Source: Candidatus Bathyarchaeota archaeon (GTDB lineage: Archaea; Thermoproteota; Bathyarchaeia; TCS64). From it: 64,000 nucleotides of DNA. The DNA lies in NCBI GenBank assembly GCA_963771885.1, contig CAVYVF010000023.1, forward strand, positions 1 to 64,000, given 5' to 3'. The notes beneath the pieces were generated by a model. The model did no database searches. It was not told the DNA's origin and saw nothing but the letters and a program-made list of their open reading frames with translations. Position numbers and translations under genes: made by a program. This document shows positions 27,825-38,117 of this stretch, piece by piece. How positions within the stretch are numbered: the first letter of the stretch is position 1; each line of letters starts with the position of its first letter.

Positions 27825-29348
27825 TTAGACCTTGAAGGGTGGGATATGCCACTCTCTGCCCCTAGGCGTCGTGACGTACTCGGGCCATGGAAGATCCACC
27901 GGCGGCTCCATATCCGGTGGTAGTAGAGGCTTCTCAAGGTACTTGCTAGTTCGCTCCCTCCACTCGTCCTTGCACGTCTTGAGTCGGTCGGGGTCTGTGA
28001 TCAGGTCCATCATGGTGCCACTGATCGCCTTGCCCGCGGTGTAGATGCTCTTATCGATGACGCCCTTCATGCCGCAGAGCGAGTACCGCGTCCACGCAGG
28101 TAGCCTTACCCCGGGAACGCTGACGCTGGGCACATATACCTGTATCCAGACCGTGGGGCAGTGCCACGTGAATTCGACGTAATCGTCGCTGCCATGGTGG
28201 GTCTGGTGGTTGGGGATGGGCTTTCTCCACATCATCTCCCACTCGTCGGGTGGCGTGAGCTTCTCATTGTACGGCTCCTGCGGCGCCTTGTACCCAAGCT
28301 TCTTCACTATCTCGCGCGCCTTCTCCTTGTCCTCCTCCGCGAACTTCGGCGCACCCGTGATCTCCAGATTCTCATAGGCGAGATCCGCAAGCGCCTTGTT
28401 GAAGAGGCCAGTGCGGGTCTTCGCCACCCACTTGATACCGAGCTTACATCCAGTCATCTTAGCCACCGCCTCCGCGTTGTTTAGCAACACCTTGTAAATC
28501 TGCTCCTGCTGTATGAGGCTCGGGCTCCTGAAGGCGTAGGTGATCACGCCTACGCGTGGGGGCAAGTTATCCGCCGTCGCCTGACCCGCAACGAGTATAG
28601 CCTCATTGATCGTCCACAATCCTGTCCTCGGAAGCATCGACTCCTTCGTATACTTAGTTGTCGTATACATTAAGCAGACCGCGTCGAGCGCTCCGGGGGC
28701 GCGCGTCTGCACGGGGAGATCTGGGGCGTAGCTCATCCACGTCTCCGGCTTGTCGCAGTCGAAGATGAAGGCGACGCACCAGTAACTCCCCCACTGCGTC
28801 TCATACATAACGGATGTTTGGGCACGTGGATGCCACGCGACACAGGCGTCGAGGCCATCATAGTAGCCCCTCGCTGCCTCGTATGGCTTGGAGATGCATA
28901 TTTTCTCACCGGGGGCGCCGAATATCTTGATCGTACCCTTGAGCCCGTGCTTCTCCATAGCGTGCTTAACAGCGTGTGCGCCAGCCGCAGCGGCGACACC
29001 TAGCGCGCTATGGGGGTCGGTGTGCCCCGCCTGCCAAGGGTTCTCAGCCTCCTTGTGGGTCACAGGCTCTTGAGCCGTCTCGGGTACCGCATCGTACTCT
29101 GTATACGTCGAGATAATGGGCTTGCCCTTACCCCACTTCGCCATATATGCGGTAGGCATCCCCGCGATGCCATCCTCCACCTCGAAACCCTCCGCCCTGT
29201 GCCAGGCCACGAGGGCATCGTAACTCTTGTACTCACGCAGAGCCGTCTCAGCGTAGCGCCAGATCAACTGATGCAAATCGCTGATCTTCTCCCGGTTCTC
29301 ATCGATGTAGTCGAAGGCCGTCTGCTTTTCCCGAGTCAACTTTGCCAT
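27825..29348 (-). CDS. M20 amidohydrolase (AbgB-like)
   Basis: AETALREYKS, GMPTAY, EYDAVP, GHTDPHSALG, GSDD. Confidence 0.82.
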   Translation of the reverse strand: MAKLTREKQTAFDYIDENREKISDLHQLIWRYAETALREYKSYDALVAWHRAEGFEVEDGIAGMPTAYMAKWGKGKPIISTYTEYDAVPETAQEPVTHKEAENPWQAGHTDPHSALGVAAAAGAHAVKHAMEKHGLKGTIKIFGAPGEKICISKPYEAARGYYDGLDACVAWHPRAQTSVMYETQWGSYWCVAFIFDCDKPETWMSYAPDLPVQTRAPGALDAVCLMYTTTKYTKESMLPRTGLWTINEAILVAGQATADNLPPRVGVITYAFRSPSLIQQEQIYKVLLNNAEAVAKMTGCKLGIKWVAKTRTGLFNKALADLAYENLEITGAPKFAEEDKEKAREIVKKLGYKAPQEPYNEKLTPPDEWEMMWRKPIPNHQTHHGSDDYVEFTWHCPTVWIQVYVPSVSVPGVRLPAWTRYSLCGMKGVIDKSIYTAGKAISGTMMDLITDPDRLKTCKDEWRERTSKYLEKPLLPPDMEPPVDLPWPEYVTTPRGREWHIPPFKV

Positions 29349-29446
29349 GATAATTCGAAGATTATACTCCGCATAACCTTATAACACCTAGGCGCGGGGA
29401 ACCCTCTACCCTCTGGGTTCCTGAAATGAAAAGAAAGAGGGAGAGA

Positions 29447-29848
29447 CTACTTTACCTTCTTAATGGCTTCCTTCGTCTCGGCTGGGAAGTCGCGCATGAG
29501 GTTCCGTAGCACAACCTCGGCTACGTACTGCTTGAACTGGGCCTCGTTGAGCTTCGTCGAGTAGATACGGCGATGTCCGCCCTTACCCGTGATCTCAGTG
29601 TAGTTGAGAACTCCCTCGTCCACCATTGCGTTGAGGAAGTTGATGATAGAGGCCCTGCTTATACTACGCGTCTTCAAAGTCTTATTGACCTGGCTCCAGA
29701 CGTCCCGGGAACTGGCACCGTCCCCTTTCTTCTCCCAAATATAGTGGAGTGCCTCCTCCTGGTAGTCTTTGAGTACCATGGCCAGACCGTGTCCTGCAGT
29801 GTCAATCGTTAGTGTCAATGCTTCTTCACTCGTGGACGTTAATGCCAC
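29447..29848 (-). CDS. BlaI/MecI/CopY-like winged-helix regulator
   Basis: ISRASIINFLNAMVDEGVL and GKGGHRRIY wing. Confidence 0.78.
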   Translation of the reverse strand: MALTSTSEEALTLTIDTAGHGLAMVLKDYQEEALHYIWEKKGDGASSRDVWSQVNKTLKTRSISRASIINFLNAMVDEGVLNYTEITGKGGHRRIYSTKLNEAQFKQYVAEVVLRNLMRDFPAETKEAIKKVK

Positions 29849-29911
29849 CTTGTCCGATAATATAAAGGTTAACTTTTTATTAAGCCATTATCACGGGTAG
29901 CACTCGGCAGG

Positions 29912-29954
29912 TTTATATATACATGAATTATCTTTCATATGAAGAAATCTTCAG
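29912..29954 (+). promoter_or_regulatory. TATA box plus tandem ArsR/SmtB-type operator
   Basis: TTTATATA at 29912-29919 followed by ATGAA-N6-TTCAT (29923-29938) and ATGAA-N6-TTCAG (29939-29954). Confidence 0.7.
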
Positions 29955-29966
29955 ACGTGAGCAGGC

Positions 29967-30284
29967 TTGAAAAGAGGACTGAGTGACATTTGCTATGGAT
30001 TCTTCTCCACCCTGGCCAACCCTACACGCCTCGCTATACTCGAGAAACTCAGGGGTACGCAGATGAGCGTCACTGATATTGCAGACGCCCTCGGTCAGGA
30101 GCAAAGCATGGTGAGTCACAACCTCCACACATTAGAAAGGTGTAATTTGGTCAGTTCCGAACGGAGGGGTAAGGAGAAGATGTACTCCGTGAACAGTGAG
30201 ACCGTCGAGGGCATATTCAAGGTCGTGGAGAACCACTCCGACAAGCACTGCCCCTTCCACGGCGCCTGCTCAGAGTCAAGGTAA
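29967..30284 (+). CDS. ArsR/SmtB family regulator
   Basis: LANPTRLAIL, QSMVSHNL, RRGKEKMYS; His/Cys-rich tail. Confidence 0.9.
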   Translation: MKRGLSDICYGFFSTLANPTRLAILEKLRGTQMSVTDIADALGQEQSMVSHNLHTLERCNLVSSERRGKEKMYSVNSETVEGIFKVVENHSDKHCPFHGACSESR

Positions 30285-30300
30285 AAAGGTGAATGATGAC

Positions 30301-31960
30301 ATGCACGAGACAAAGGTAGAGATTCAAAATGCACCGGAGTTCCCGATGTTCTGCTTCCAGTGTGAGCAGACGGCACAGGGCAAGGGATGCACACAGATGG
30401 GCGTCTGTGGGAAGAACCCCGAGGTCGCAGCACTCCAGGACCTGCTGATCTACGCCCTCAAGGGGCTGTCGATAGTAGCCGTCGAGGGTAGGAAGAGGGG
30501 AATATACGAGAGGGAGATCGACCGTTTCGTCTGCGAGGCGAGCTTCGCTACGCTCACGAACGTCAACTTCGACCCCGAGCGCTTCGTCCCAATGATAAAG
30601 AAAGCAGTCGATTACAGGGACAGGCTCAACAAGCTGGTTAAGGCTAAGCTGCCCGAGGACATGGCGGCGTTCAAGCCATCCGACGACGTGGCCGAACTTG
30701 TGAAGATGGGTGAGAGGGTCGGCATAAAGGCGGAGGCCGACGCAGGGAGTGACGTTCATAGTCTCCGCTGGACACTAATTTATGGGATAAAGGGGATTGC
30801 CGCTTACGCCGACCACGCCGCGATACTCGGGAAGGAGGATGAAGGGCTCTACGCCTTCATCGAGAGAGGGCTCGCCGCCTCGGCTGACTCAGCGCTTGGG
30901 CTGAACGAGTACCTCGCCCTCGTCATGGAGGCGGGAAAGATGAACCTACGCGCCATGGAACTGCTAGACCAGGCGAATACGGGCACATACGGCGACCCCA
31001 CGCCGACGAAGGTACCGCTCGGCCACAAGAAGGGCAAGGCGATACTTGTCTCTGGGCACGATCTGAAGGACCTCGACCTGCTCCTCAAGCAGACGGAGGG
31101 CAAGGGTATCTACGTCTACACCCATGGCGAGATGCTGCCAACGCACGGTTACCCGAAGCTCAAGAAGTACTCTCACTTCTACGGCCACTACGGCACAGCG
31201 TGGCAGAACCAGATCAAGAGAGTTCTATACCTTCCCCGGAGCCATACTCATGACGACTAACTGCATACAGCGACCAGCGCCTAGCTATATCAGTAACATA
31301 TTCACCACGGGACTCGTCGGTTGGCCCGGTGCACAGCACATCGCCGAGAAGGACTTCGCACCCGTCATCAAGAAGGCGCTAGAACTGCCCGGATTCACCG
31401 ACGACAAGGAGGCGGGCTCAGTAATGGTGGGCTTCGGCCACAGCGCCGTCCTCAACGTGGCGCCAAAAGTCATCGAGCTCATCAAGGAGAAGAAGATAAG
31501 GCACTTCTTCTTGGTCGCGGGCTGCGACGGGGCAAAGCCGGGGCGTAACTACTATACGGAATTTGTGGAGAAGGTGCCAAAGGACTGCGTTGTGCTGACC
31601 CTCGCCTGCGGGAAGTTTAGGTTCTTCGACAAGGACCTCGGCGACATTGATGGGTTGCCTCGCCTGCTTGACATCGGGCAGTGCAACGACGCCTACTCAG
31701 CGATCCAGATCGCAGTCGCGCTGAGCAAGGCGTTTGGCGTCGGCGTCAACGAGTTGCCACTCAGTATGATACTGAGCTGGTACGAGCAGAAGGCGGTGGC
31801 GATACTGCTGACGCTGCTTAGCCTAGGCATCAAGAACATCCGCCTAGGTCCGAGCCTCCCAGCCTTCGTCACGCCCAACGTACTCAAGGTGCTCGTCGAC
31901 AACTATAACATAATGCCGATTACGACGCCTGACGCTGATCTCAAGGCGATCCTAGGGTGA
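30301..31960 (+). CDS. hcp: Hybrid cluster protein (hydroxylamine reductase), frameshift near 31219
   Basis: [50 protein letters not shown]; two ORFs join by removing one A. Confidence 0.93.
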
Positions 31961-32304
31961 GCGCGTTGAAGATCGTCGAGGTGAAGGTGGCTCAGACGGG
32001 GCAGAACCCCCACGGCGTAGAGTCCAAGAGTCTCTACAACACGGAGCACGCTACTGTCACACACTTGTCTCTAAAGCCGGGCGAGCAGTTGAAGAGGCAC
32101 ATCACCCCGACGGACGTCTTCTTCTACGTCCTCGAGGGTAGGGGCTTCGTTGAGGTCGGGGATGAGACCAAGGAGGTCGGCACCGACACACTCATCGAGA
32201 GCCCGAAGGGCATTCCCCACTGCTGGTACAATAGGGGTAGTAGCCTCCTACGCTTCCTCGTCGTCAAAGTACCACGTCAGGTGGAGCCGACGAAGCTTCT
32301 CTAA
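31957..32304 (+). CDS. Cupin domain protein
   Basis: [26 protein letters not shown]. Confidence 0.88.
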   Translation: MSALKIVEVKVAQTGQNPHGVESKSLYNTEHATVTHLSLKPGEQLKRHITPTDVFFYVLEGRGFVEVGDETKEVGTDTLIESPKGIPHCWYNRGSSLLRFLVVKVPRQVEPTKLL

Positions 32305-32341
32305 TTAGTCAAGCCCCGTTCCCGCCATAGAAACGATAAGC

Positions 32342-32753
32342 ATGGTTGATATTGCGGGGAGTAAGGCGGCGCCTGACTTCACTCTCCCAGATCAGGACGG
32401 AAAACCGTTCACAGTATCCGAGCAAAGGGGCAGAGTCGTGTGCGCGCTACCCGAAGGACTTCACCTCGGGCTGCACCCAGGAAGCGCGCCATTATAGAGA
32501 CGCCTACATGGACTTCACCGAGGCGGGCGCCGTTATCGTCGGAGTGAGCACCGATAGCCAAGTGGCTTATACAAAGTACAGTAATACATACCTGCTCACC
32601 TTCAGCCTGCTCAGCGACAAGGGCGCGAGGTTAAGACCTACGGCGTAGGTAGAGGCACCATCCTAGGGCGTGTGACATTCGTTACCGATAAGGGAGGCGT
32701 GGTCCGCAATGCCTTCAGTTCACGGATCTACATGAAAGCATATTTCGAATAGG
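32342..32753 (+). pseudogene. bcp: Decayed peroxiredoxin (Bcp/PrxQ)
   Basis: APDFTLPDQDGK, YPKDFTSGCTQEA, VGVSTDS, LLSD and GRVTFVTDKGGVVR lie in shifting frames. Confidence 0.8.
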
Positions 32754-32801
32754 CTTGATAAATCGTAGAGTCGATAGAACATTAAAAAAGGTAAGATAAT
32801 T

Positions 32802-33152
32802 TTAGAATCCGCCTAAGCTGATCCCTAGGATTGTACCGAGTACTATCGCGATTACGATGAAGATCACGACGGTGACGATCGCGACGGCAGCGGCCTTCCC
32901 CCAACCACACTCGTAATAGTGTTTGATCAGGTAGAGCGTGACCAGTAGCTGGGCAATTGAGCCTATGATGCCTCCTAGGAACATCCCGATGACGCCGTTG
33001 ACTACGCTGGAGATCACGACGATCATAATAGCATCTGTGAACTTAGCGTTGGTTGAACCAACGAGCATCCTGCCCGCAATCCAGAGGACGGGTGCCATGA
33101 TGATGGCGCCGGCGACTATACTTATCAGAAGCGAAACTATGTCGAACTCCAA
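32802..33152 (-). CDS. Hypothetical membrane protein (about 4 TM)
   Basis: Strongly hydrophobic 116-aa ORF, LIKHYYECGWGKA. Confidence 0.75.
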   Translation of the reverse strand: MEFDIVSLLISIVAGAIIMAPVLWIAGRMLVGSTNAKFTDAIMIVVISSVVNGVIGMFLGGIIGSIAQLLVTLYLIKHYYECGWGKAAAVAIVTVVIFIVIAIVLGTILGISLGGF

Positions 33153-33213
33153 TCAGAACACCTGTTTTTAGTTTCGTCTCTAGGAATAAAAGCCATTACC
33201 CGTTTTACCGATT

Positions 33214-33639
33214 CTAAGTGTCGAAAACCACCTTGACCTTGTATCCCTCGGAGGTTTTCTCCACTTTCATCATATGGTATGTAACCGCTTTGACGGCGAT
33301 GCCAACTTTGTGGGTCGCGGCGTTAAAGCGCTCGCCTCGCCCAGTCGCCTTGGCCTTTAGGTTCTCCTCATCGATGTCAACAGCTAAGATCCGTGCCGTG
33401 AGACCCTCAGCGTCGTTTAGAAAGAGTATCTCGTCGAGAAGGTTGAGTATGAGTGACTGGAGGTCTGTGCCCTCGGCATTAGCTGTGTATGTCTCCTTCT
33501 CGGCTATGCCCTCGAGTGGTGTAATGGAGTTGAGCATTCCTAGAGCGACGTTTGCCACTGCCTCCCCTATGGTGCGGCCTGTGCCCTCAACCAACAGGTC
33601 TGCGGGTGGCCCCCCAGGCGGATAGCTGTAACCAGGCAT
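33214..33639 (-). CDS. Archease
   Basis: N-terminal ADL, LLDEILF, VKAVTYH, C-terminal VFDT. Confidence 0.85.
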   Translation of the reverse strand: MPGYSYPPGGPPADLLVEGTGRTIGEAVANVALGMLNSITPLEGIAEKETYTANAEGTDLQSLILNLLDEILFLNDAEGLTARILAVDIDEENLKAKATGRGERFNAATHKVGIAVKAVTYHMMKVEKTSEGYKVKVVFDT

Positions 33640-33640
33640 T

Positions 33641-35197
33641 TTACTCCCACTCTATTGTACTCGGAGGCTTATTTGTTACATCATAGACGACCCTCGTTAC
33701 CTCTGGAATGCCGTTTGTGATCCTTGTGCTTATACGTTCTAACAGGTCCCACGGGGCGCGCGTGAAGTTGGCGGTCATAGCGTCCACGCTCTCGACTATG
33801 CGTATCGCGATCGTCCACCCGTAGGCGCGCTCATCACCTTTGACGCCCGTGCTCTTCGTGTCTGTGAGTACGGCGAAGTACTGCCACGGGACGCCGGCTA
33901 TCTCCGACTTTTCGACTTCCTCAATTACGACGGCGTCAGCCTGCCTGAGAGCGTCGAGCTTCTCCTCGGTGACCTCACCGATTATCCTTACGGCGAGGCC
34001 TGGGCCAGGGAAGGGCTGACGCCAGACGAGTTCCTTGGGTAGTCCCAGCCTCTCGCCCAAGGCGCGGACCTCGTCCTTGTAGAGGTCTTTGAGTGGCTCG
34101 ACGACTCCCTTGAATTCCATATGGAGGGGGAGGCCACCGACGTTGTGGTGAGTCTTTATGGTGTCGGCGTGGCGAGTGATGCCTGACTCTATCCTGTCGG
34201 GGTAGATTGTTCCCTGAACAAGGTAATCGGCGCCGAAGCGGCGGGCTTCATCCTCGAAGACCCTGATGAATTCCTCCCCGATGATCTTCCTTTTGCTCTC
34301 CGGATCGGTGACGCTCTTGAGGCGTTTTAAGAACCGCTCCTTGGCGTCGACAACCTTGACGTTGACGCCGGTGCGTTCCATCGCCTCTTTGACCTGGTGA
34401 GATTCGTTCATTCTCATGAGCCCGTGGTCGACATGGACCGCGATGATCTTGTCACCGAGCGCCTTTCCAACGATGGCAGCTGCCACGCTCGAGTCCACGC
34501 CTCCGCTGAGGGCGATAACGGCTTTACCGTCTCCGACCTGCTTCTTGACGAACTCTATTCCCTCCTCAACGGCATCGACTGGGCGCCAGTTGGGTTTGCA
34601 CTTGCAGATCTCGAAGACGAAATTGCGGAGCATCAGGTCACCGTGAGTGGTATGTTTGACCTCGGGATGCCACTGTAGGCCGTAGACGCCTTTCTCAGGG
34701 TAGGCGAAGGCTGCGACTGGGGCAGAGTCGGTATGGGCGAGGACGTTGAAGCAGCGGGGCAGGCTGAAAACCGTGTCACCGTGGCTCATCCAGACTGGCT
34801 CCTTGACCTCCATGCCTTTTAGTATGCCCTCAGCCCTGTCGATGTAGGCGGTGCGCGAGCCATACTCCTTGACCGTGCCCTTCTTGACGTCTCCCTTGTG
34901 TATCTGAGCTAGGAGCTGGTGGCCGTAGCAGAGCCCAAGGACGGGGACGCCAAGATTTAGAATCTCCTCGTCGAGCCTAAGAGCGTTCTGAGCGTTAACG
35001 CTGCTCGGGCTCCCCGAGAGTATAACACCCCTCAGCCTCATGACCTTGCTCAGCACCTTAACCTCATCCACGGAAGCGTCGCTGGGTAGAATCTCGGAGT
35101 AGACCTTCATCTCACGCACGCGGCGGGCGATGAGGTGGCAGTATTGGCCTCCGAAGTCGAGGATTACGATCCCATCGGGAAGCTGATCCTTGGGCAT
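33641..35197 (-). CDS. guaA: GMP synthase (glutamine-hydrolysing, fused)
   Basis: LDFGGQY, GLCYGHQ, QWHPEV, ALSGGVDS, IKTHHNVGG, KPPSTIEWE. Confidence 0.96.
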   Translation of the reverse strand: MPKDQLPDGIVILDFGGQYCHLIARRVREMKVYSEILPSDASVDEVKVLSKVMRLRGVILSGSPSSVNAQNALRLDEEILNLGVPVLGLCYGHQLLAQIHKGDVKKGTVKEYGSRTAYIDRAEGILKGMEVKEPVWMSHGDTVFSLPRCFNVLAHTDSAPVAAFAYPEKGVYGLQWHPEVKHTTHGDLMLRNFVFEICKCKPNWRPVDAVEEGIEFVKKQVGDGKAVIALSGGVDSSVAAAIVGKALGDKIIAVHVDHGLMRMNESHQVKEAMERTGVNVKVVDAKERFLKRLKSVTDPESKRKIIGEEFIRVFEDEARRFGADYLVQGTIYPDRIESGITRHADTIKTHHNVGGLPLHMEFKGVVEPLKDLYKDEVRALGERLGLPKELVWRQPFPGPGLAVRIIGEVTEEKLDALRQADAVVIEEVEKSEIAGVPWQYFAVLTDTKSTGVKGDERAYGWTIAIRIVESVDAMTANFTRAPWDLLERISTRITNGIPEVTRVVYDVTNKPPSTIEWE

Positions 35198-35255
35198 TGA
35201 TAGAGACAACTCGAATCTCTCTATATGGGTTTTGTTGCTCGGATATGCAACACGA

Positions 35256-36134
35256 CTATTTGGCGTATGCCTCAACAAGGTCGCGCGCCGTGATTATACC
35301 AACTAGCTCCTCTTCCTCGACCAAAGGTAGACGCCTGACGTGCTTGTCAGCCATGATGTAAGCGGCCTCGTAGACGCTTATCCAGGCGGGGGCAACTATG
35401 AGCGGCGTTGAGGCATGATCCTTCACTGGACAATCTAGGGATTTTCCCTCTGTGAGGAAGGTTGTGAGTAGGTCTCGCTCAGTGAATATGCCCTTCGGCT
35501 TGCCGTATGTGGTGACAATAACGCTCCCTATGCGCGCCTTTCCCATGGTGACGGCGATGTCTGCGACTGATGTGCCTTCGTCAACGGTCACGACCTCGGT
35601 AGTCATGTAGTCCTCAACCTTGACTACGGTCTCGGGGACGTCAGGGAGGCTTCTAATGAAGTCGGAGGCGGAGACAACACCCACGAGTTGTTCATTCTCC
35701 ATGACGGCGAGGCGCCCCTTCCTCTTCATCATAATCCGAGCGGCTTCCTTTATAGGGGCCTCCGGTGGTATCGTAACGAGGGGCCACGACATCGCGGAGC
35801 CTACACAGGTCTTCGCTGGGTCACGCTTTATAGCGAGTATCCCGCTGAGAAGGTCGCGTTCAGTCACTATACCCTTTGGTTTGGCATCGGCCACGACGAT
35901 GAGACTGCCGATGTGCTTTTTACCCATTAGCTTGGCAGCGTCCGCCATGGTCTTGTCGTCTGCGATTGTGACGACCTTGCGCGTCATGATGTCCTTAACT
36001 TGCTTGAACTGGCGCATCTGCTCATATGCGCGGTCGAATACCTTGGGGAACTCCCTTCTCAGGTCTTTCACAAACTCCAAGGAACACACCCATGAAATGA
36101 CTGCTGAATCTACGTTGATATCTGTAGCGGTCAC
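35256..36134 (-). CDS. CBS-domain protein (4 CBS)
   Basis: Repeated VKDIMT / GIVTERDL / GIITARDL units. Confidence 0.88.
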   Translation of the reverse strand: MTATDINVDSAVISWVCSLEFVKDLRREFPKVFDRAYEQMRQFKQVKDIMTRKVVTIADDKTMADAAKLMGKKHIGSLIVVADAKPKGIVTERDLLSGILAIKRDPAKTCVGSAMSWPLVTIPPEAPIKEAARIMMKRKGRLAVMENEQLVGVVSASDFIRSLPDVPETVVKVEDYMTTEVVTVDEGTSVADIAVTMGKARIGSVIVTTYGKPKGIFTERDLLTTFLTEGKSLDCPVKDHASTPLIVAPAWISVYEAAYIMADKHVRRLPLVEEEELVGIITARDLVEAYAK

Positions 36135-36182
36135 TAGTCCTCAGGTATTACGATTTAAGGGCGGGTAGAGCACGTCATACAC

Positions 36183-37415
36183 ATGAAATCCATCAGTGTA
36201 CCAGCTTGGGAGTGGTATGACTGGAAGCCCGAGACCATCACGTTCCCCGACTCATGGGACGTCCACGTCCAGAAAATGAAGGGACACAATACCAAGGCGC
36301 TGAAGCCAAGAGAGATCGATGATAAGGTACAGCACCCTATCGGCACCAAACAGCTTAGCGAAATCTCCAAGGGGCGTAGGAAGTGTGTCATAATTTTCGA
36401 CGACATGACCCGCCCCACCAAGACGACCCTAATCCTGCCATCTATAATGGACGAGCTACACAAGGGAGGCATAAGGGATGACCAGATAGTCTTTATGATG
36501 GCGTCCGGTGCACACACGGGTAGGATGCTCTTCGACTTCCAAAAGAAGCTCGGTGAGGACATCTGCGAAAAGTACAACGTCTTTAACCACAACCCCTACG
36601 AGAGCTTCGTCGACCTCGGCAAGACCAGCCGCGGCACCCCGATACTCATAAATAAGGAGGTCATGAGCTGCGACCTCAAGGTCACGGTGAGCAGCATCAT
36701 GCCCCACTTTGGCTACGGCTTCGGCGGGGGCAGCAAGATGATCCTCCCCGGAGTAGCCGCAGTCGAGTCGATAAGTTCCAACCACGCCATACGAAAGGGA
36801 ACAGACCCCGGAAAGGTAACCACGAACGAGCGCCGCCTCGACTCCGAGGAGGCGACGGAGAAGGTCGGAGTCGACTTCGTCGTACATGCTTTACTCAACG
36901 AGGCATCTGACCCCTGCGACCTCGTCGCCGGCGACTTCATCGCAGCGCATCGCGAGGGGGTCAAGAGGGCGCGCGCCCACTACCTCACAAAGGTCGTTCC
37001 CGACGCCGACATCAGCATAGGCAACACCTACCCAATGGCAAACGAGGGCTACAAGAGCTACCATATAATGCTCGAATCCGTCCGCAAGGGTGGCGATATG
37101 GTCTATCTCCTCTATACACCCGAGGGGTGCCGCGTCCACTTCTACAACGGCCGCTTCGGCACTGACTACGGAGGCGAGGGCTGGAAGCCCGACGTATACA
37201 CGAAGAAGCCTTGGAAGATGAGACGCGTCATCTGCGTCAGCCCGACCGGCCTCATGAAGGCGGACGAGCATTACTACGGCGAGGGCTCGACGTGGGTAAA
37301 GAAGTGGGATGATGCCCTCAAACTCCTCGAAGACGCCCACAGCTCCAATGCCAAGGTCGCCATTTACCCCTGTGCCTCCATGCAGATCAGCGAAACCAAC
37401 GCCGCTAACGAGTAG
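36183..37415 (+). CDS. LarA (nickel-pincer lactate racemase) family protein
   Basis: DDMTRPT, GAH, LGKTSRGTP, PHFGYGFGGGSKMILPG, NH. Confidence 0.82.
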   Translation: MKSISVPAWEWYDWKPETITFPDSWDVHVQKMKGHNTKALKPREIDDKVQHPIGTKQLSEISKGRRKCVIIFDDMTRPTKTTLILPSIMDELHKGGIRDDQIVFMMASGAHTGRMLFDFQKKLGEDICEKYNVFNHNPYESFVDLGKTSRGTPILINKEVMSCDLKVTVSSIMPHFGYGFGGGSKMILPGVAAVESISSNHAIRKGTDPGKVTTNERRLDSEEATEKVGVDFVVHALLNEASDPCDLVAGDFIAAHREGVKRARAHYLTKVVPDADISIGNTYPMANEGYKSYHIMLESVRKGGDMVYLLYTPEGCRVHFYNGRFGTDYGGEGWKPDVYTKKPWKMRRVICVSPTGLMKADEHYYGEGSTWVKKWDDALKLLEDAHSSNAKVAIYPCASMQISETNAANE

Positions 37416-37497
37416 ACACACAAGGGATTACCCATCCCCGCGGCTCAAACTTCAAATCCCACCGAGACAAGATCAACCTGCCCTTATGGGTGATTCT

Positions 37498-37917
37498 ATG
37501 AGCGGAATTATTCTCGTCCGAGACATCATGGCGAAAAACGTCAAAACCGTCCGCACCGACGACAGCGCACTCGACGCCGTCGTCAAAATGAACAAGTTCG
37601 ACGTGGGAAGCGTCCTCGTCGTAAACGGGAACCGCCCAGTCGGCATCATCACTAGCAAAAACATACTCAGCCGTGTAGTAGAGTCGCGCCTCGACGCTGG
37701 AACAATCCGGGCAAAGGACATTATGAGCGCCCCTCTAATCACAGTCGAGTCCGACACGTCAATTGAAGACGCGGCTAAGCTCATGGCGCAGAAAAAGATA
37801 AAACAACTTGTCATAATGGATAGGGATAAGATACACGGGATACTCAGCACGAGCGACCTAGTCAAGGCGAACCCCACACAACTCGGGATACTACAAGAGC
37901 TCCTCAAGATCAGCTAG
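37498..37917 (+). CDS. CBS-domain protein (2 CBS)
   Basis: VRDIMAK, GIITSKNI, AKDIMS, GILSTSDL. Confidence 0.88.
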   Translation: MSGIILVRDIMAKNVKTVRTDDSALDAVVKMNKFDVGSVLVVNGNRPVGIITSKNILSRVVESRLDAGTIRAKDIMSAPLITVESDTSIEDAAKLMAQKKIKQLVIMDRDKIHGILSTSDLVKANPTQLGILQELLKIS

Positions 37918-38117
37918 CTGTCGCGCTCCCCATCGAGTCAACAAGTTACATATTCTTTATATCATTACTCACAAAACACGTGGAGGATAAATCTTCTAGA
38001 GGAAATCCTCCACCAACTTATATCTGATTACTATAACGAATCCATCTGATCCTCAGCGCGCTCTCTAGCCCTCCAAAGTTTTAACAATTCAACAACCCAA
38101 TATATTGATCGGTGTTT

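Noticed and set aside
13292..29848. BlaI plus beta-lactamase resistance module
   Set aside because: The genes are about 15 kb apart, no BlaR is present, and the hydrolase lacks E166
31205..31230. Programmed ribosomal frameshift in hcp and the other split genes
   Set aside because: No common slippery heptamer or downstream structure; the pattern fits one-base insertion errors
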